This document shows positions 1 through 9,489 of a stretch of DNA of 50,448 bases, in pieces. The notes beneath the pieces were generated by a model that had not been told where the DNA came from, did not search any database, and worked only from the letters and a program-made list of their open reading frames with translations. The translations under genes were made by a program, and so were the position numbers. Each line of letters opens with the position of its first letter. Positions within the stretch are counted from its first letter, which is position 1. This DNA comes from Candidatus Tayloriibacteriota bacterium (GTDB lineage: Bacteria > Patescibacteriota > Minisyncoccia > Phycocordibacterales > CAIRYW01): assembly GCA_028286725.1 (NCBI GenBank), contig JAQBQZ010000005.1:1-50448 (forward strand), given 5' to 3'.

Positions 1-8
1 ATAATCTG

Positions 9-48
9 GTAGTCGTCAATTACTACGGCCGTAGGAATTGACGACTAC
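9..48. repeat. Near-perfect 40-bp inverted repeat (hairpin), probably in the leader of a minus-strand gene outside the window
   Basis: GTAGTCGTCAATT-A-CTACGGCCGTAG-G-AATTGACGACTAC. Confidence 0.7.
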
Positions 49-108
49 TCCACTTCACTCTTTCAATTAGATATACAGTATAGCATTTTTCAAATATTGA
101 TTATAATT

Positions 109-984
109 ATGAGTATTATGGATAAAAGGAAGAAAATAGCATTTGTTTTTCTCGGTATTCTTGTTTTGATATCCGTTTCTTTCCTTTTTATATCAAGGTC
201 AACTGGGCATCATGGCAGACTCTTCATTTCCTTTTTGAATATTGGTCAAGGAGATGCAATCTATATCGAAGCACCGAATGGCAGACAGATAATGATAGAC
301 GGAGGGCCTGATGAGGTTGTGCTTCGTGAGCTCGGCCGTGTAATGCCAATGTTTGATCGTAGTATTGATGCGATACTCATCACCAATCCTGATAAAGATC
401 ATATCGGAGGATTCATAAATATTATGCAAAAATATAAAGTCGATGACATCATTGAACCTGGAACTATCTCACCTTCTGATACATATAAGACTGTCGAGAG
501 TTTGGCAAAGAAAGACGGACTTCGGCAAACTATTGCGCGACGGGGGATGAATATAATGCTCGACAAAGATCGAAATATTTATTTACATATTCTTTTCCCA
601 GATCGAGATGTGTCGAAGCTTGCGACGAATGATGGATCGATTGTGGCAAAGCTTGTGTACGGTGATACTTCGGTTTTGCTTCAAGGTGATTCTCCACAAA
701 ATATCGAAAAGTATTTGCTCACGCTCAATCCTGCAGAACTCGATACTGATATTTTAAAAACAGGACATCATGGTTCGCGGACTTCGACGAGCAAAGAATA
801 TGTCGAAGCTGCATCGCCTGATTTTGCGGTGATATCATGCGGAGTCGATAATTCATATGGTCATCCACACAAAGAGACTTTGGATACATTGAATAGTCTG
901 AACGTTCCGATACTTCGAACAGATCTCTTGGGGAGAATTAGTTTTGAATCAGATGGAAAGGTATGGGAGAGAACGAACTTCTGA
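109..984 (+). CDS. ComEC/Rec2-like metallo-beta-lactamase-fold hydrolase with N-terminal membrane anchor
   Basis: Motifs IGQGDA, IDGG, TNPDKDHIGG, NDGSIV, GHHGS, SCGVDNSYGHPH. Start is ATG 109 or 118 rather than TTG 97. Confidence 0.85.
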   Translation: MSIMDKRKKIAFVFLGILVLISVSFLFISRSTGHHGRLFISFLNIGQGDAIYIEAPNGRQIMIDGGPDEVVLRELGRVMPMFDRSIDAILITNPDKDHIGGFINIMQKYKVDDIIEPGTISPSDTYKTVESLAKKDGLRQTIARRGMNIMLDKDRNIYLHILFPDRDVSKLATNDGSIVAKLVYGDTSVLLQGDSPQNIEKYLLTLNPAELDTDILKTGHHGSRTSTSKEYVEAASPDFAVISCGVDNSYGHPHKETLDTLNSLNVPILRTDLLGRISFESDGKVWERTNF

Positions 985-1056
985 TAAATTTAAAATAAAA
1001 AAATCTCGCGTTCCAACTTGTGGGCACGAAAGATTGTGAAATTGAACAAAATGATC

Positions 1057-1341
1057 TCAACTGAAAGGTGCGACACCATAGATACCGATGTCACTGCCTC
1101 CAATAACGATAACGGTGTCATCATCTTCAATTGCATGATGTCTGTCCGAAACAACACACCCATTTGGGAGTTGAATATCATGTATGGAGAACAGAAAGTC
1201 TCGAACAGTTAAAGTAGCTTGCACTGGTGTAGTGGCCCACGCGGCAATCGCTTCTTGAAGTTTGCTTAAAAAATCCATGTTGGAGTGGACAAATTCTGAT
1301 CCTGGAGGACATTCCGGAAGACTTGTTGTTATGTAGATCAT
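1057..1341 (-). CDS. Hypothetical protein
   Basis: 94-aa ORF with ATG start, AC-rich upstream tract and AT-rich divergent promoter region. Confidence 0.5.
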   Translation of the reverse strand: MIYITTSLPECPPGSEFVHSNMDFLSKLQEAIAAWATTPVQATLTVRDFLFSIHDIQLPNGCVVSDRHHAIEDDDTVIVIGGSDIGIYGVAPFS

Positions 1342-1540
1342 GTAGGTAGAGGTGGCTTGTGTGTTGCGAAAACCTTTATTTTCTACTTGTATTTATACTT
1401 TAAATAGAAAGAAAGTCAAAACCCGGTTTTTAAGTGCGATCGGGAATTATAAAATATTTACATATCATATATTTTGTGTTATTATAAATCCAATTGTTAT
1501 TTGTCAATTCAGAACCACAAACCCTTGGAGAATATTCAGT

Positions 1541-2440
1541 ATGCTCAAAATCTTTGGACAGACACGGAAACATGAAGGAGATGGAGATAAGCCAAACGAG
1601 GATGTGTTCGGTTTCAATCGCTGGGGATTCGTCGCCTTGGGTGACGGAGTGACTCGTTCTCGCGCCACAGATGGGACTTATCCTGTTCATGTGGCAAAGG
1701 TTGCTCCCAACACATTCCTTGCTGCGATGCTCGCAGAATACTGTGAGTTTCAAGGAGGTGTCTTGGAAATGTTTCTTCGGAACGCTTTCAAGAAGGCTAA
1801 CGAGACTATCACTATCGCAAGCGAAGAGCAGGGTGTTACTTCCCATACGGTTGATTATGGTGTCACCGACTATCTTGGAACAACGGGTGTATGTCTTTTG
1901 GTCCATGAGGGTCGCGCGGCACTTGCCTACATTGGTGATCCAATCGCTCTCTACTTGCCGAAAGGTGGAACGCCAAGATTGCTTACAACCGATCAACTCA
2001 AGCCTTGTCATCGCTTCGGAAAACCTCATTTTTCTGCAATGGTCTCATCGACCGTCAGCCAGAAGGAGGTTAACAATCGCCGAACATTTTGGCAACGGAG
2101 TCAGGTTCGAAACAATCCTGCGGCCATTGATCCGTCCGGTAATCTCATTGGCTTTGGCGTTTTGACGGGCGAACCGTCTGCACTGGAATTTCTTCAAATT
2201 GTTGAACTTCAGGTGCAACCTGGAGATCGATTCATTCTTTCATCTGATGCTTTGCGTGCCGCCGGCTGCTTTGATAATGATGATGAGGGTGTTCACTCAT
2301 ACGCTCCTGCACTGGAGGCCATCTCCAGTATTCCTTTCGAGGGGTGGCCGAGTGCACTGATTGATCTTATTCGTCACTGCGAGGTGAGGGATAAGGTTCG
2401 CAGCGATGATGCGACGGTTGTGGTTGCTGAAGTGATTTGA
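1541..2440 (+). CDS. PP2C/PPM-family phosphatase-like protein
   Basis: Motifs NED, LGDGV, YIGD, ILSSDAL, DDATVV. ATG at 1541 is preferred over GTG 1352. Confidence 0.75.
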   Translation: MLKIFGQTRKHEGDGDKPNEDVFGFNRWGFVALGDGVTRSRATDGTYPVHVAKVAPNTFLAAMLAEYCEFQGGVLEMFLRNAFKKANETITIASEEQGVTSHTVDYGVTDYLGTTGVCLLVHEGRAALAYIGDPIALYLPKGGTPRLLTTDQLKPCHRFGKPHFSAMVSSTVSQKEVNNRRTFWQRSQVRNNPAAIDPSGNLIGFGVLTGEPSALEFLQIVELQVQPGDRFILSSDALRAAGCFDNDDEGVHSYAPALEAISSIPFEGWPSALIDLIRHCEVRDKVRSDDATVVVAEVI

Positions 2441-2458
2441 AGAAGTTCTTTAAGTGTT

Positions 2459-2495
2459 CAAGGGTATTTCGCGCACGCGGAATACCCTTGTTTTA
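2459..2495 (+). terminator. Intrinsic terminator
   Basis: CAAGGGTATTTCGCG-cacg-CGGAATACCCTTG followed by T tract. Confidence 0.7.
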
Positions 2496-2516
2496 TTTCT
2501 ATAGTATAATCTTCAA

Positions 2517-3542
2517 ATGTATTCATTAGAAGAAATTCTTACTTTATATGATATAGGAACAGTTACTGGGGTCACTCCTCTTGAAGGAGGGATTATAAAT
2601 AAGACTTGGAAAGTAAAGGCATCTACAGGAATATTTGTACTTCAAAAAGTAAGTGCTATCTTTGCTCCCTCTGTCATGAATGATACGGAAGCTGTGCTTA
2701 ATTATTTGAGAGCCAAAGGCCAGAATGTTATGTCTATAGTGAAGACCAAGAGTAATGATTTTTTGGTAAATGATACGAATGGGTTTTGGAGAATGTTTAC
2801 TTTTATCGAAGGGAAAGTGTTTTCTGAAATTGTGACTCCAAAAGTTGCATATGAAGCAGGTAAGTTGCTCGGTACTTACCACTTACTTTTGTCAGATTTT
2901 GTTTACGACTTCAAACACATTAGAGGTATCAAACATAATATCCCCGCTCTTTTTAAAGCGTATAAAAAAGCTGTAGAACATAATACTAATCCTGAGATTG
3001 AGGTTATGTTACCCATTATAAACCAAATGATCGAACTGGATCTTCCTTCACACCTCAGAAAAACCGTTAATCATGGCGATCCAAAAATATCTAATTATAT
3101 TTTTGAATCAAAAGATAACCCTCAGGCTGTTGCAATGATTGATTTTGACGATTGTGGCAAAAATTATAATGTACTCCACGAGCTCGGTGGAGCTTTTCGT
3201 TCTTGGGCATGGAGAACTGATAAGGGTGAAAATTGTTTTGATATCGAGCAGTTCACTGCTGCTCTAAAAGGTTATTATGCTGGATCTAAAGGATTTTTAA
3301 CAGATGAAGAATGGGGTTTGATACCACAAGTTATTAAACTCAATCTATTGGAATTATCATCGCGGTTTGTGAGAGATTATTTTGAAGATTCATACTTTGA
3401 ATGGGACCCTCTTTTGTATTCTTCACGCAAAGAACATAATCTCAAAAGAGCAAAAGACCATTTGGCACTATATAAAGATATTTGTATGAAAGAAAAGGGT
3501 ATTATTGATTCAATAAAACTATTATTAGGATCAAATAATTAA
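2517..3542 (+). CDS. Aminoglycoside phosphotransferase/choline kinase-family small-molecule kinase
   Basis: GGIINKTW P-loop, Brenner motif HGDPKISN, IDFDD. Confidence 0.8.
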   Translation: MYSLEEILTLYDIGTVTGVTPLEGGIINKTWKVKASTGIFVLQKVSAIFAPSVMNDTEAVLNYLRAKGQNVMSIVKTKSNDFLVNDTNGFWRMFTFIEGKVFSEIVTPKVAYEAGKLLGTYHLLLSDFVYDFKHIRGIKHNIPALFKAYKKAVEHNTNPEIEVMLPIINQMIELDLPSHLRKTVNHGDPKISNYIFESKDNPQAVAMIDFDDCGKNYNVLHELGGAFRSWAWRTDKGENCFDIEQFTAALKGYYAGSKGFLTDEEWGLIPQVIKLNLLELSSRFVRDYFEDSYFEWDPLLYSSRKEHNLKRAKDHLALYKDICMKEKGIIDSIKLLLGSNN

Positions 3543-3545
3543 TTT

Positions 3546-4295
3546 TTATAAAGATTTCCAAAGTGAATCAAAAATAAAGAGCTGTGTTTTGTAAATGGCT
3601 TGATCTTCAATAATAAGTCCATGAGGGATATCATTTTCACCAACAGAGATCATTGCAACTTTGCCGGCATAAATAAGTGTATAGGTAGGCGGGCTTTCCC
3701 TTTTTGTGAGCCATTTTCGTTCATCTTTGCCGGAAGTTTCTCCTCCTGGGCCATTAGCGATTGTTCGAACGAATATTTTTCTTTTTATTCTTTCGTCTGT
3801 GAAGTTTGGAAATGCATTTTTGTTATAAAGATAAGGTCTGATCGTTGAAGAAGAATAGACAACATATTTTTTATCCTTAATCCTTTCTGTTTCGTCCAAA
3901 ACATCATTCAATATTGATCGAACCCCGCTGTAATCTTCGTAAAATTTTACAACTGGTTGATCGCTAACCCCTTTTGAGAGAATCGATAGCTCAGGAATGA
4001 TGTTCTCGATGTCTTTCGATACTTCATCGATCTCATTCTTTTTTCGAGTAAGGATCTTGGAAAGAACTTTTGGATTTTCGGCAACAAAGTGCTGGTGCCT
4101 TTCTTTGTGATAATACGAAACGAGCCCTTCTTTTTGAAGTGTTTTTAGAATTTCGTAAGTTGTTCCACGATTAATGCCTGATTTCTCTGCGAGCTTTCTG
4201 ATTGCGATGGGTCCTGAAGAAAGGAGGGAGAGATAGACTGCTGCATCTTTATCTGTGAGGCCAAGCTTTTTAAATATAGTTTCTATAGTTGTCAT
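3546..4295 (-). CDS. TrmB-family transcriptional regulator
   Basis: LGLT..AAVYLSLL, wHTH LAEKSGINRGTTYEILKTLQKEGLV, FVAENP, VKFYE. ATG at 4295. Confidence 0.85.
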   Translation of the reverse strand: MTTIETIFKKLGLTDKDAAVYLSLLSSGPIAIRKLAEKSGINRGTTYEILKTLQKEGLVSYYHKERHQHFVAENPKVLSKILTRKKNEIDEVSKDIENIIPELSILSKGVSDQPVVKFYEDYSGVRSILNDVLDETERIKDKKYVVYSSSTIRPYLYNKNAFPNFTDERIKRKIFVRTIANGPGGETSGKDERKWLTKRESPPTYTLIYAGKVAMISVGENDIPHGLIIEDQAIYKTQLFIFDSLWKSL

Positions 4296-4345
4296 TTTTA
4301 TTGACTTAAATATATCATTGATAGCAACTTGTAACAAGTGGAATG

Positions 4346-4445
4346 TTTGTCATAAATAAAATGACAAAAGTATAAATAATTAAATATAGATATATTTAAT
4401 AAGGTATTATTGGACAATATATTTGTCATAAATAAAATTGACAAT
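4346..4445. promoter_or_regulatory. Two copies of a palindromic operator; the second overlaps a sigma70 -35 box
   Basis: TTTGTCAT-AAATAAA-ATGACAAA at 4346-4368 and TTTGTCAT-AAATAAAA-TTGACAAT at 4422-4445. TTGACA 4438, TAAAAT 4460. Confidence 0.65.
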
Positions 4446-4542
4446 AAGTAGTTTTGAATTAAAATGTACTATGAATTAATTGACCTGTTCTTTACAATCA
4501 AGGAATAAGTCAGGAGACAAACCACTCACCAAGATACAGACT

Positions 4543-5415
4543 ATGACAACAAGGGAAGTGGTCTATCACCACTCAATTTTAAGAACCTTCAATGGTTCGG
4601 TGCAGAAGCAAATTGAACCAGGATTTCAATTCGCAGAAGGGGGTCAAGTGGCTCTCATGGATGATATGCTTATGTTTCGTGCCATGCTGCAACATGCAGG
4701 TGTGCCGGTTGCGGTTAACTACGATCTCCGAGTGGAGAACGGGATTATCCAAGAAACAACCGACAATTGTGGCATGGATGGCTACGCTATCATTCGGTGT
4801 CCGCGGGCAGAACTTAGCGCTGAAGATGTTATTCGCAAAATTGCGTTAGCTTTGCGGGGAACATTCAATGCAGATAAGATAACTGTTGTACCTGATCCGC
4901 ACCCGGCAAACTGGTGTTTCGATGAGAGTGGAAATATTCGCTACATTGATTATCAGCCTGCACGGTTTCTAAAAGACTCTGTGCACTTGGTGGGATTTCC
5001 TCAGCCAGTTGGTGAGGAGTACGAATGGTCTGCGAGACGTTACTATTCTAAGCTGGGTATCTTTCGAATGCTCCGTTTCAATGTGATGCGCGCCGGGGGA
5101 ATTTGTCTCGGAGAGGTATTGAATAAGATAATTCGTGCAGAATATTCAGCCGACCTCGTTCGTGAGATTGAGGGAGGTATGGAAAAACTGCTCGTGTATC
5201 GAGTTCAGGCTGGGCAATTGTCCTTGCGAGATGCCTTGGCCAAGTGTGATGCTTGGCGTGTGGATGATATTCGCGAAATCGCGCTGTCAGTCACGGAGAG
5301 CGAGGATCTACTAAACCAGGTGCTCAAACTTACTCGAGGCGATTTCAATCTCTCACTTGAGATACGGCATGCAAGGGCTCTTGAGGCTTGTGATCTGATC
5401 CTGTCAATTCCTTGA
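4543..5415 (+). CDS. Hypothetical protein with a protein-kinase-like catalytic loop
   Basis: DPHPANWCFDESGNIRYIDY resembles the ABC1/APH DPHxxN...D motifs. ATG 4543. Confidence 0.55.
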   Translation: MTTREVVYHHSILRTFNGSVQKQIEPGFQFAEGGQVALMDDMLMFRAMLQHAGVPVAVNYDLRVENGIIQETTDNCGMDGYAIIRCPRAELSAEDVIRKIALALRGTFNADKITVVPDPHPANWCFDESGNIRYIDYQPARFLKDSVHLVGFPQPVGEEYEWSARRYYSKLGIFRMLRFNVMRAGGICLGEVLNKIIRAEYSADLVREIEGGMEKLLVYRVQAGQLSLRDALAKCDAWRVDDIREIALSVTESEDLLNQVLKLTRGDFNLSLEIRHARALEACDLILSIP

Positions 5416-5497
5416 TTCCTGCGGATGGTTCTCTAGATCTTTGCAGACCTAGTGAGCCATTCATTTTTAATACAATAATTAATGATATAATTTTTTT

Positions 5498-6358
5498 ATG
5501 AAATTCGAAATTGACTGCCAAACACATTCTCATTATTCACCAGATGCTGAGAAAAGTCCCCTCGCTATTTTCGAGCGTGCTAGAAGTTTGGGTTTAAAAG
5601 GGGTTATTGTTACAGACCATAATACAACCAGTCACTTTTTAAATATTAAAAAGGTTGCCAAAGCTACTGGTTTAATGACTTGTCTTGCTTTAGAAATTAC
5701 AGCAACTTACGAGAATTCTGATATACATATATTGGCATATGGAAACAATATGGATGCAAAGATTCTTGAGTCGATGCTGAAACGTATTAGAGAAAGTTAT
5801 AACAAGCGATCTAAAGCTATGATTCAGAAATTAAGTAAAGCTGGAATTGCTCAGATCGATTTTGAGAAACTTTTGAAAAAATCAAAAAGCGCATGTGTGA
5901 CAAAACCGGCAATTGCAGACGCATTTGCTCATATAAAAAAGATAGACCAAAAGAGTGCATTAGCGTTTTTTGAGCGAGGAGGGGTAGCATATGTGCCATA
6001 TGGAACTTGGATACCAACTCCAGAAGCTGTCGTAAAATTAATTTGTAAAGCGGGAGGTAAAGCGGTGTTTGCGCATCCTGGAGATTTTTTTGGTAAAAGA
6101 AGTTCATTGCCGGAAGAGAAGAGAGAGCCCGCTTTTTTAAAGTTGATGGATATTCTTTTAGGGGCAGGGCTTGCTGGAATTGAAGTGTGGTACCCATCAC
6201 ATACAAAAGAGCTAGAAAATAAATTTAAAAAAGTGGCTAAAGAAAATGATCTGCTTACCACGGGAGGAAGTGATTGGCACGGACCAAAATTCACTCCAAA
6301 TCGTGAAGTGGGGCAAAGAGGAATAAGCGTTTCTCAGTTTAAAAAACTGATTTCTTAA
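5498..6358 (+). CDS. PHP-domain metal-dependent phosphoesterase (TrpH/YciV-like)
   Basis: QTHSHYSPDA, VTDHN, HILAY, AHPG, GIEVWYPSH, TGGSDWHG. Confidence 0.85.
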   Translation: MKFEIDCQTHSHYSPDAEKSPLAIFERARSLGLKGVIVTDHNTTSHFLNIKKVAKATGLMTCLALEITATYENSDIHILAYGNNMDAKILESMLKRIRESYNKRSKAMIQKLSKAGIAQIDFEKLLKKSKSACVTKPAIADAFAHIKKIDQKSALAFFERGGVAYVPYGTWIPTPEAVVKLICKAGGKAVFAHPGDFFGKRSSLPEEKREPAFLKLMDILLGAGLAGIEVWYPSHTKELENKFKKVAKENDLLTTGGSDWHGPKFTPNREVGQRGISVSQFKKLIS

Positions 6359-6362
6359 TATT

Positions 6363-6406
6363 TAAATAAAATACACCGAGCCCTTGGGCTCGGTGTATTT
6401 TATTTT
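6363..6406. terminator. Bidirectional terminator between the PHP gene and rpmB
   Basis: AAATAAAATACACCGAGCCC-tt-GGGCTCGGTGTATTTTATTT. Confidence 0.8.
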
Positions 6407-6410
6407 GATC

Positions 6411-6650
6411 TTATATAAGTCCTGCTTTCTTGAGTGTTTTGAACGCTCCGTTCTTGTTGATAGTCTTGATACCTCGAGCAGAGAGCACGAGAGAGATAGA
6501 CTTCTGGAGTTCAGGAATGAAGATTCTTTTCTTCTGGAAGTTAGCGTACTTTCGAACATTGCCGCAAGGGTTAAACTGCGTCGCACGAGTACGGTTTGAG
6601 TATCTTCCTCCCATTTGTGATGATTTATTTGTGATTGGGCAAACTTTCAT
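6411..6650 (-). CDS. rpmB: 50S ribosomal protein L28
   Basis: MKVCPITNK...GGRYSNR...YANFQKKR...LSARGIKTINKNG. Confidence 0.9.
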   Translation of the reverse strand: MKVCPITNKSSQMGGRYSNRTRATQFNPCGNVRKYANFQKKRIFIPELQKSISLVLSARGIKTINKNGAFKTLKKAGLI

Positions 6651-6698
6651 ATAATTTGAATTTATTTAACAGTGAAATGTATGTTATCATAATAAACT

Positions 6699-7316
6699 AT
6701 GGAAATCAACTTTTATTTTCAAATCGCTGTTATTATTGTTTCGATTATATTTCACGAGCTTGCCCATGGCTACACCGCCTATTTTCTCGGTGATCCTACT
6801 GCCAAATATGAGGGAAGACTGACTCTTAATCCTTTAAAGCATTTGGAGATCTTTGGATCTATTCTTGTGCCGATTATTACTTACGCTCTCGGAGGAGTGG
6901 TCTTCGGGTGGGCGAAGCCTGTGCCTTACAATCCTTATAATATAAAGAACAAATATGGTGAGGTGATGGTGGCAGTTGCAGGACCTATCTCAAACTTCCT
7001 TGTGGCTTTTGTATTTGCATTGTATTTCAGAACTTTGGATGCTGCAGGAATGATTGCTCCAAATGGACAGCTTGCACTCCTCATCATAATGGTGAACATT
7101 ACACTTGGTGTATTTAATATGATCCCAATCCCGCCTTTGGATGGATTTAAGGTGTTTACTGGACTTCTACCTTATAATTTCAGATATATAAAGGAATATA
7201 TAGAGAAAAACATACTTTTGTTTATCGTTATCTTTATATTTGGATTTTCTTTCGTTATGGATCCTATTGTTGCTTGGTTATTTAGGCTTATGACGGGGAT
7301 TGGGGGAGGAATATAA
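6699..7316 (+). CDS. Site-2 protease (M50 family)
   Basis: HELAH, GRLTLNP, AVAGP, FNMIPIPPLDG. Confidence 0.9.
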   Translation: MEINFYFQIAVIIVSIIFHELAHGYTAYFLGDPTAKYEGRLTLNPLKHLEIFGSILVPIITYALGGVVFGWAKPVPYNPYNIKNKYGEVMVAVAGPISNFLVAFVFALYFRTLDAAGMIAPNGQLALLIIMVNITLGVFNMIPIPPLDGFKVFTGLLPYNFRYIKEYIEKNILLFIVIFIFGFSFVMDPIVAWLFRLMTGIGGGI

Positions 7317-7420
7317 TTCTGAGGACAATACATCAAACTTTTTGATTATAATCAATTTGCAATTTTTATTAACTTATAGTACATTACTGCAATAGCCCAT
7401 AAGGGCCTTTTAATTTATAT

Positions 7421-7840
7421 ATGCCAACAATAAGTCAACTCGTAAAAAGAAATAGAAAGAACAAACAAGCGAAGCCAAAAGCGGTAGCTCTTCGAAAGAG
7501 TTTTAACGTGCTTGTAAACCGACCTGTATATCACAACTCTCCATTCAAAAAGGGTGTATGTACAAAAGTTACTACAAAGACTCCAAAGAAACCTAACTCA
7601 GCGGTTCGAAAGATTGCTCGAGTTCGACTTTCAAATGGTATGGAAGTTACAGCTTATATCCCAGGTGAAGGACATAACCTCCAGGAACACTCAGTGGTAC
7701 TTCTGCGAGGTGGAAAGGTAAAGGATGTTGGTCTCCGATATACTATTGTTCGAGGAGTTCTCGACTGTACAGGAGTTGAAAAGCGACGAAAGCAGAGAAG
7801 TGCTTACGGAACTAAGAGACCCAAGGCGAAAAAAGCATAA
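7421..7840 (+). CDS. rpsL: 30S ribosomal protein S12
   Basis: [30 protein letters not shown]. Confidence 0.98.
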   Translation: MPTISQLVKRNRKNKQAKPKAVALRKSFNVLVNRPVYHNSPFKKGVCTKVTTKTPKKPNSAVRKIARVRLSNGMEVTAYIPGEGHNLQEHSVVLLRGGKVKDVGLRYTIVRGVLDCTGVEKRRKQRSAYGTKRPKAKKA

Positions 7841-7960
7841 CCCCGAGTTTCCTGGATGATTTTTTCAGGAGTACTCGACCAATCTTTGATTGGTCAGGGT
7901 GAAAGGTAAAGAAAAATTTAATTAATAAAATAAGTGGAGTATCCCAAAAGGGAGAAAACA
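7841..7960 (+). promoter_or_regulatory. Structured rpsL-rpsG intercistronic RNA (candidate S7 leader)
   Basis: CCC/GGG closing stem around two hairpins (CGAGT-TTCCTGGA..TTCAGGA-GTACTCG and GACCAATC..GATTGGTC), plus a TCCC-AAAA-GGGA hairpin. Confidence 0.5.
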
Positions 7961-7973
7961 TTACACTAAATAT

Positions 7974-8444
7974 ATGCGAAGAAAACTAAAAGCAAAGCCA
8001 GTTATAAGACCAGACATTCAGTACAAATCTGAAAAAGTTTCAAAGTTTGCTAACTACATAATGGAAAGCGGAAAGAAGCGAGCGGCTCAGAAGATTGTAT
8101 TCGAAGCACTCGATGCTATCAAAGAGAAAATGCAGGTAGAAAACCCTCTTGAGATCTTTGAATCAGCTCTCAAAAACACAGGTCCGCTTATGGAAGTGCG
8201 ATCAAGACGAGTTGGAGGTGCTAACTATCAAGTTCCACGAGAAGTTCGGGCAGAAAGAAAGAACTTCCTTGCTATGAAATGGATCATTGAAGCTGCACGA
8301 GGAAAGAAAGGTCAGCCAATGCACTTGAAGCTCGCAGAAGAATTGATGCTTGCTCACAAGAATGAAGGTGAAGCTGTAAGAAAGAGAGAAAACACTCACA
8401 AGATGGCAGAGGCAAACAAAGCGTTTGCACACTTCGCTTGGTAA
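7974..8444 (+). CDS. rpsG: 30S ribosomal protein S7
   Basis: SRRVGGANYQVP, HKMAEANKAFAHF. Confidence 0.98.
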   Translation: MRRKLKAKPVIRPDIQYKSEKVSKFANYIMESGKKRAAQKIVFEALDAIKEKMQVENPLEIFESALKNTGPLMEVRSRRVGGANYQVPREVRAERKNFLAMKWIIEAARGKKGQPMHLKLAEELMLAHKNEGEAVRKRENTHKMAEANKAFAHFAW

Positions 8445-8463
8445 TTTCAATCAAAAACTAAAC

Positions 8464-8497
8464 AAAAAGAGCGACGCCTATGGCGTCGCTCTTTTTG
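8464..8497. terminator. Bidirectional terminator after rpsG
   Basis: AAAAAGAGCGACGCC-tat-GGCGTCGCTCTTTTT. Confidence 0.8.
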
Positions 8498-8526
8498 TTG
8501 ATTTTGGTAATAAAAAATCGCAAGAA

Positions 8527-8859
8527 TTACTTGCGATGTGGACGAACAGTTTTTCTCTTAGATTTTTTTCCGGCATTTCGAAGCCATGCAGGAGCCTCAA
8601 CGTATCTTTTTCTTGGTGTTGTGAGCCAGTCCATCCAAGAAAGATAATTGCCTGTATCTTCTCTATCTTCTGATCTGACGATGTGGCTTCCTTCCACCCT
8701 CCAGGGAGGATTTCTCTTCCAGCGAGCTTTCTTCCTTGCCCAGGTCTCGTTTCGGTGAGGAGATACGGGCCTAGGAGGTATAGGTCGACTGAACGATCCT
8801 GGGGTTTCGAAGAGGGTTGCGATACGTATCCGCCCTTGCTGACTAAGTGGAGTTCTCAT
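8527..8859 (-). CDS. Hypothetical basic, Arg/Pro/Trp-rich protein
   Basis: 110-aa ORF ending at the bidirectional terminator, with a divergent AT-rich upstream region. Confidence 0.45.
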   Translation of the reverse strand: MRTPLSQQGRIRIATLFETPGSFSRPIPPRPVSPHRNETWARKKARWKRNPPWRVEGSHIVRSEDREDTGNYLSWMDWLTTPRKRYVEAPAWLRNAGKKSKRKTVRPHRK

Positions 8860-9025
8860 AATTCTATTTTCATCGTATCATGTCATACTAAGGTATTCCA
8901 CTTTCTTTTGTGGACATCTATAGATAATAGTGTATACTAGTAATTAAGTTATCTCTCGGAGGTATTTAAGGCTAAGTCTTTATATATTGAGGTAGGGGTA
9001 ATAATTAGTATTAAGCAAATATATA

Positions 9026-9319
9026 ATGGCAAAAAAATTATATGTCGGAGGACTCTCATACAGTACTAACGACGCAGGATTACGAGCAGCGTTTGAGAAA
9101 ATAGGAGCAGTTACATCTGCAACTGTTATTATCGACAGAATGTCAGGACGATCAAAGGGATTTGGTTTCGTTGAAATGGCTAACGACGCGGAAGCGGAGT
9201 CAGCTATCTCAGAATACGATGGCAAGGAACTTGATGGCCGAAAGGTTACTGTGAACGAAGCTCGACCTATGGAAGAACGACCACCTCGACGAGATGGAGG
9301 TTTCTCTCCACGACGATAA
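9026..9319 (+). CDS. RRM-domain RNA-binding protein
   Basis: RNP2 LYVGGL, RNP1 KGFGFVEM, GRKVTVNEARP. Confidence 0.93.
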   Translation: MAKKLYVGGLSYSTNDAGLRAAFEKIGAVTSATVIIDRMSGRSKGFGFVEMANDAEAESAISEYDGKELDGRKVTVNEARPMEERPPRRDGGFSPRR

Positions 9320-9351
9320 TCCAATAAAAGCGCAAGCTTTTTAGGAAAATC

Positions 9352-9387
9352 AAAAAAGCACCGCCTCGAAAGAGGCAGTGCTTTTTG
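9352..9387 (+). terminator. Intrinsic terminator
   Basis: AAAAAGCACCGCCTC-gaaa-GAGGCAGTGCTTTTT. Confidence 0.75.
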
Positions 9388-9489
9388 TATTGCATTTATC
9401 GACTTTTTAATGTATTCTCTGTACCAAGAAGGTCCTCCTTCGCTTTTTAATTTGTATTAAAAATATTTATAATTTTATTTAAGTAATAT

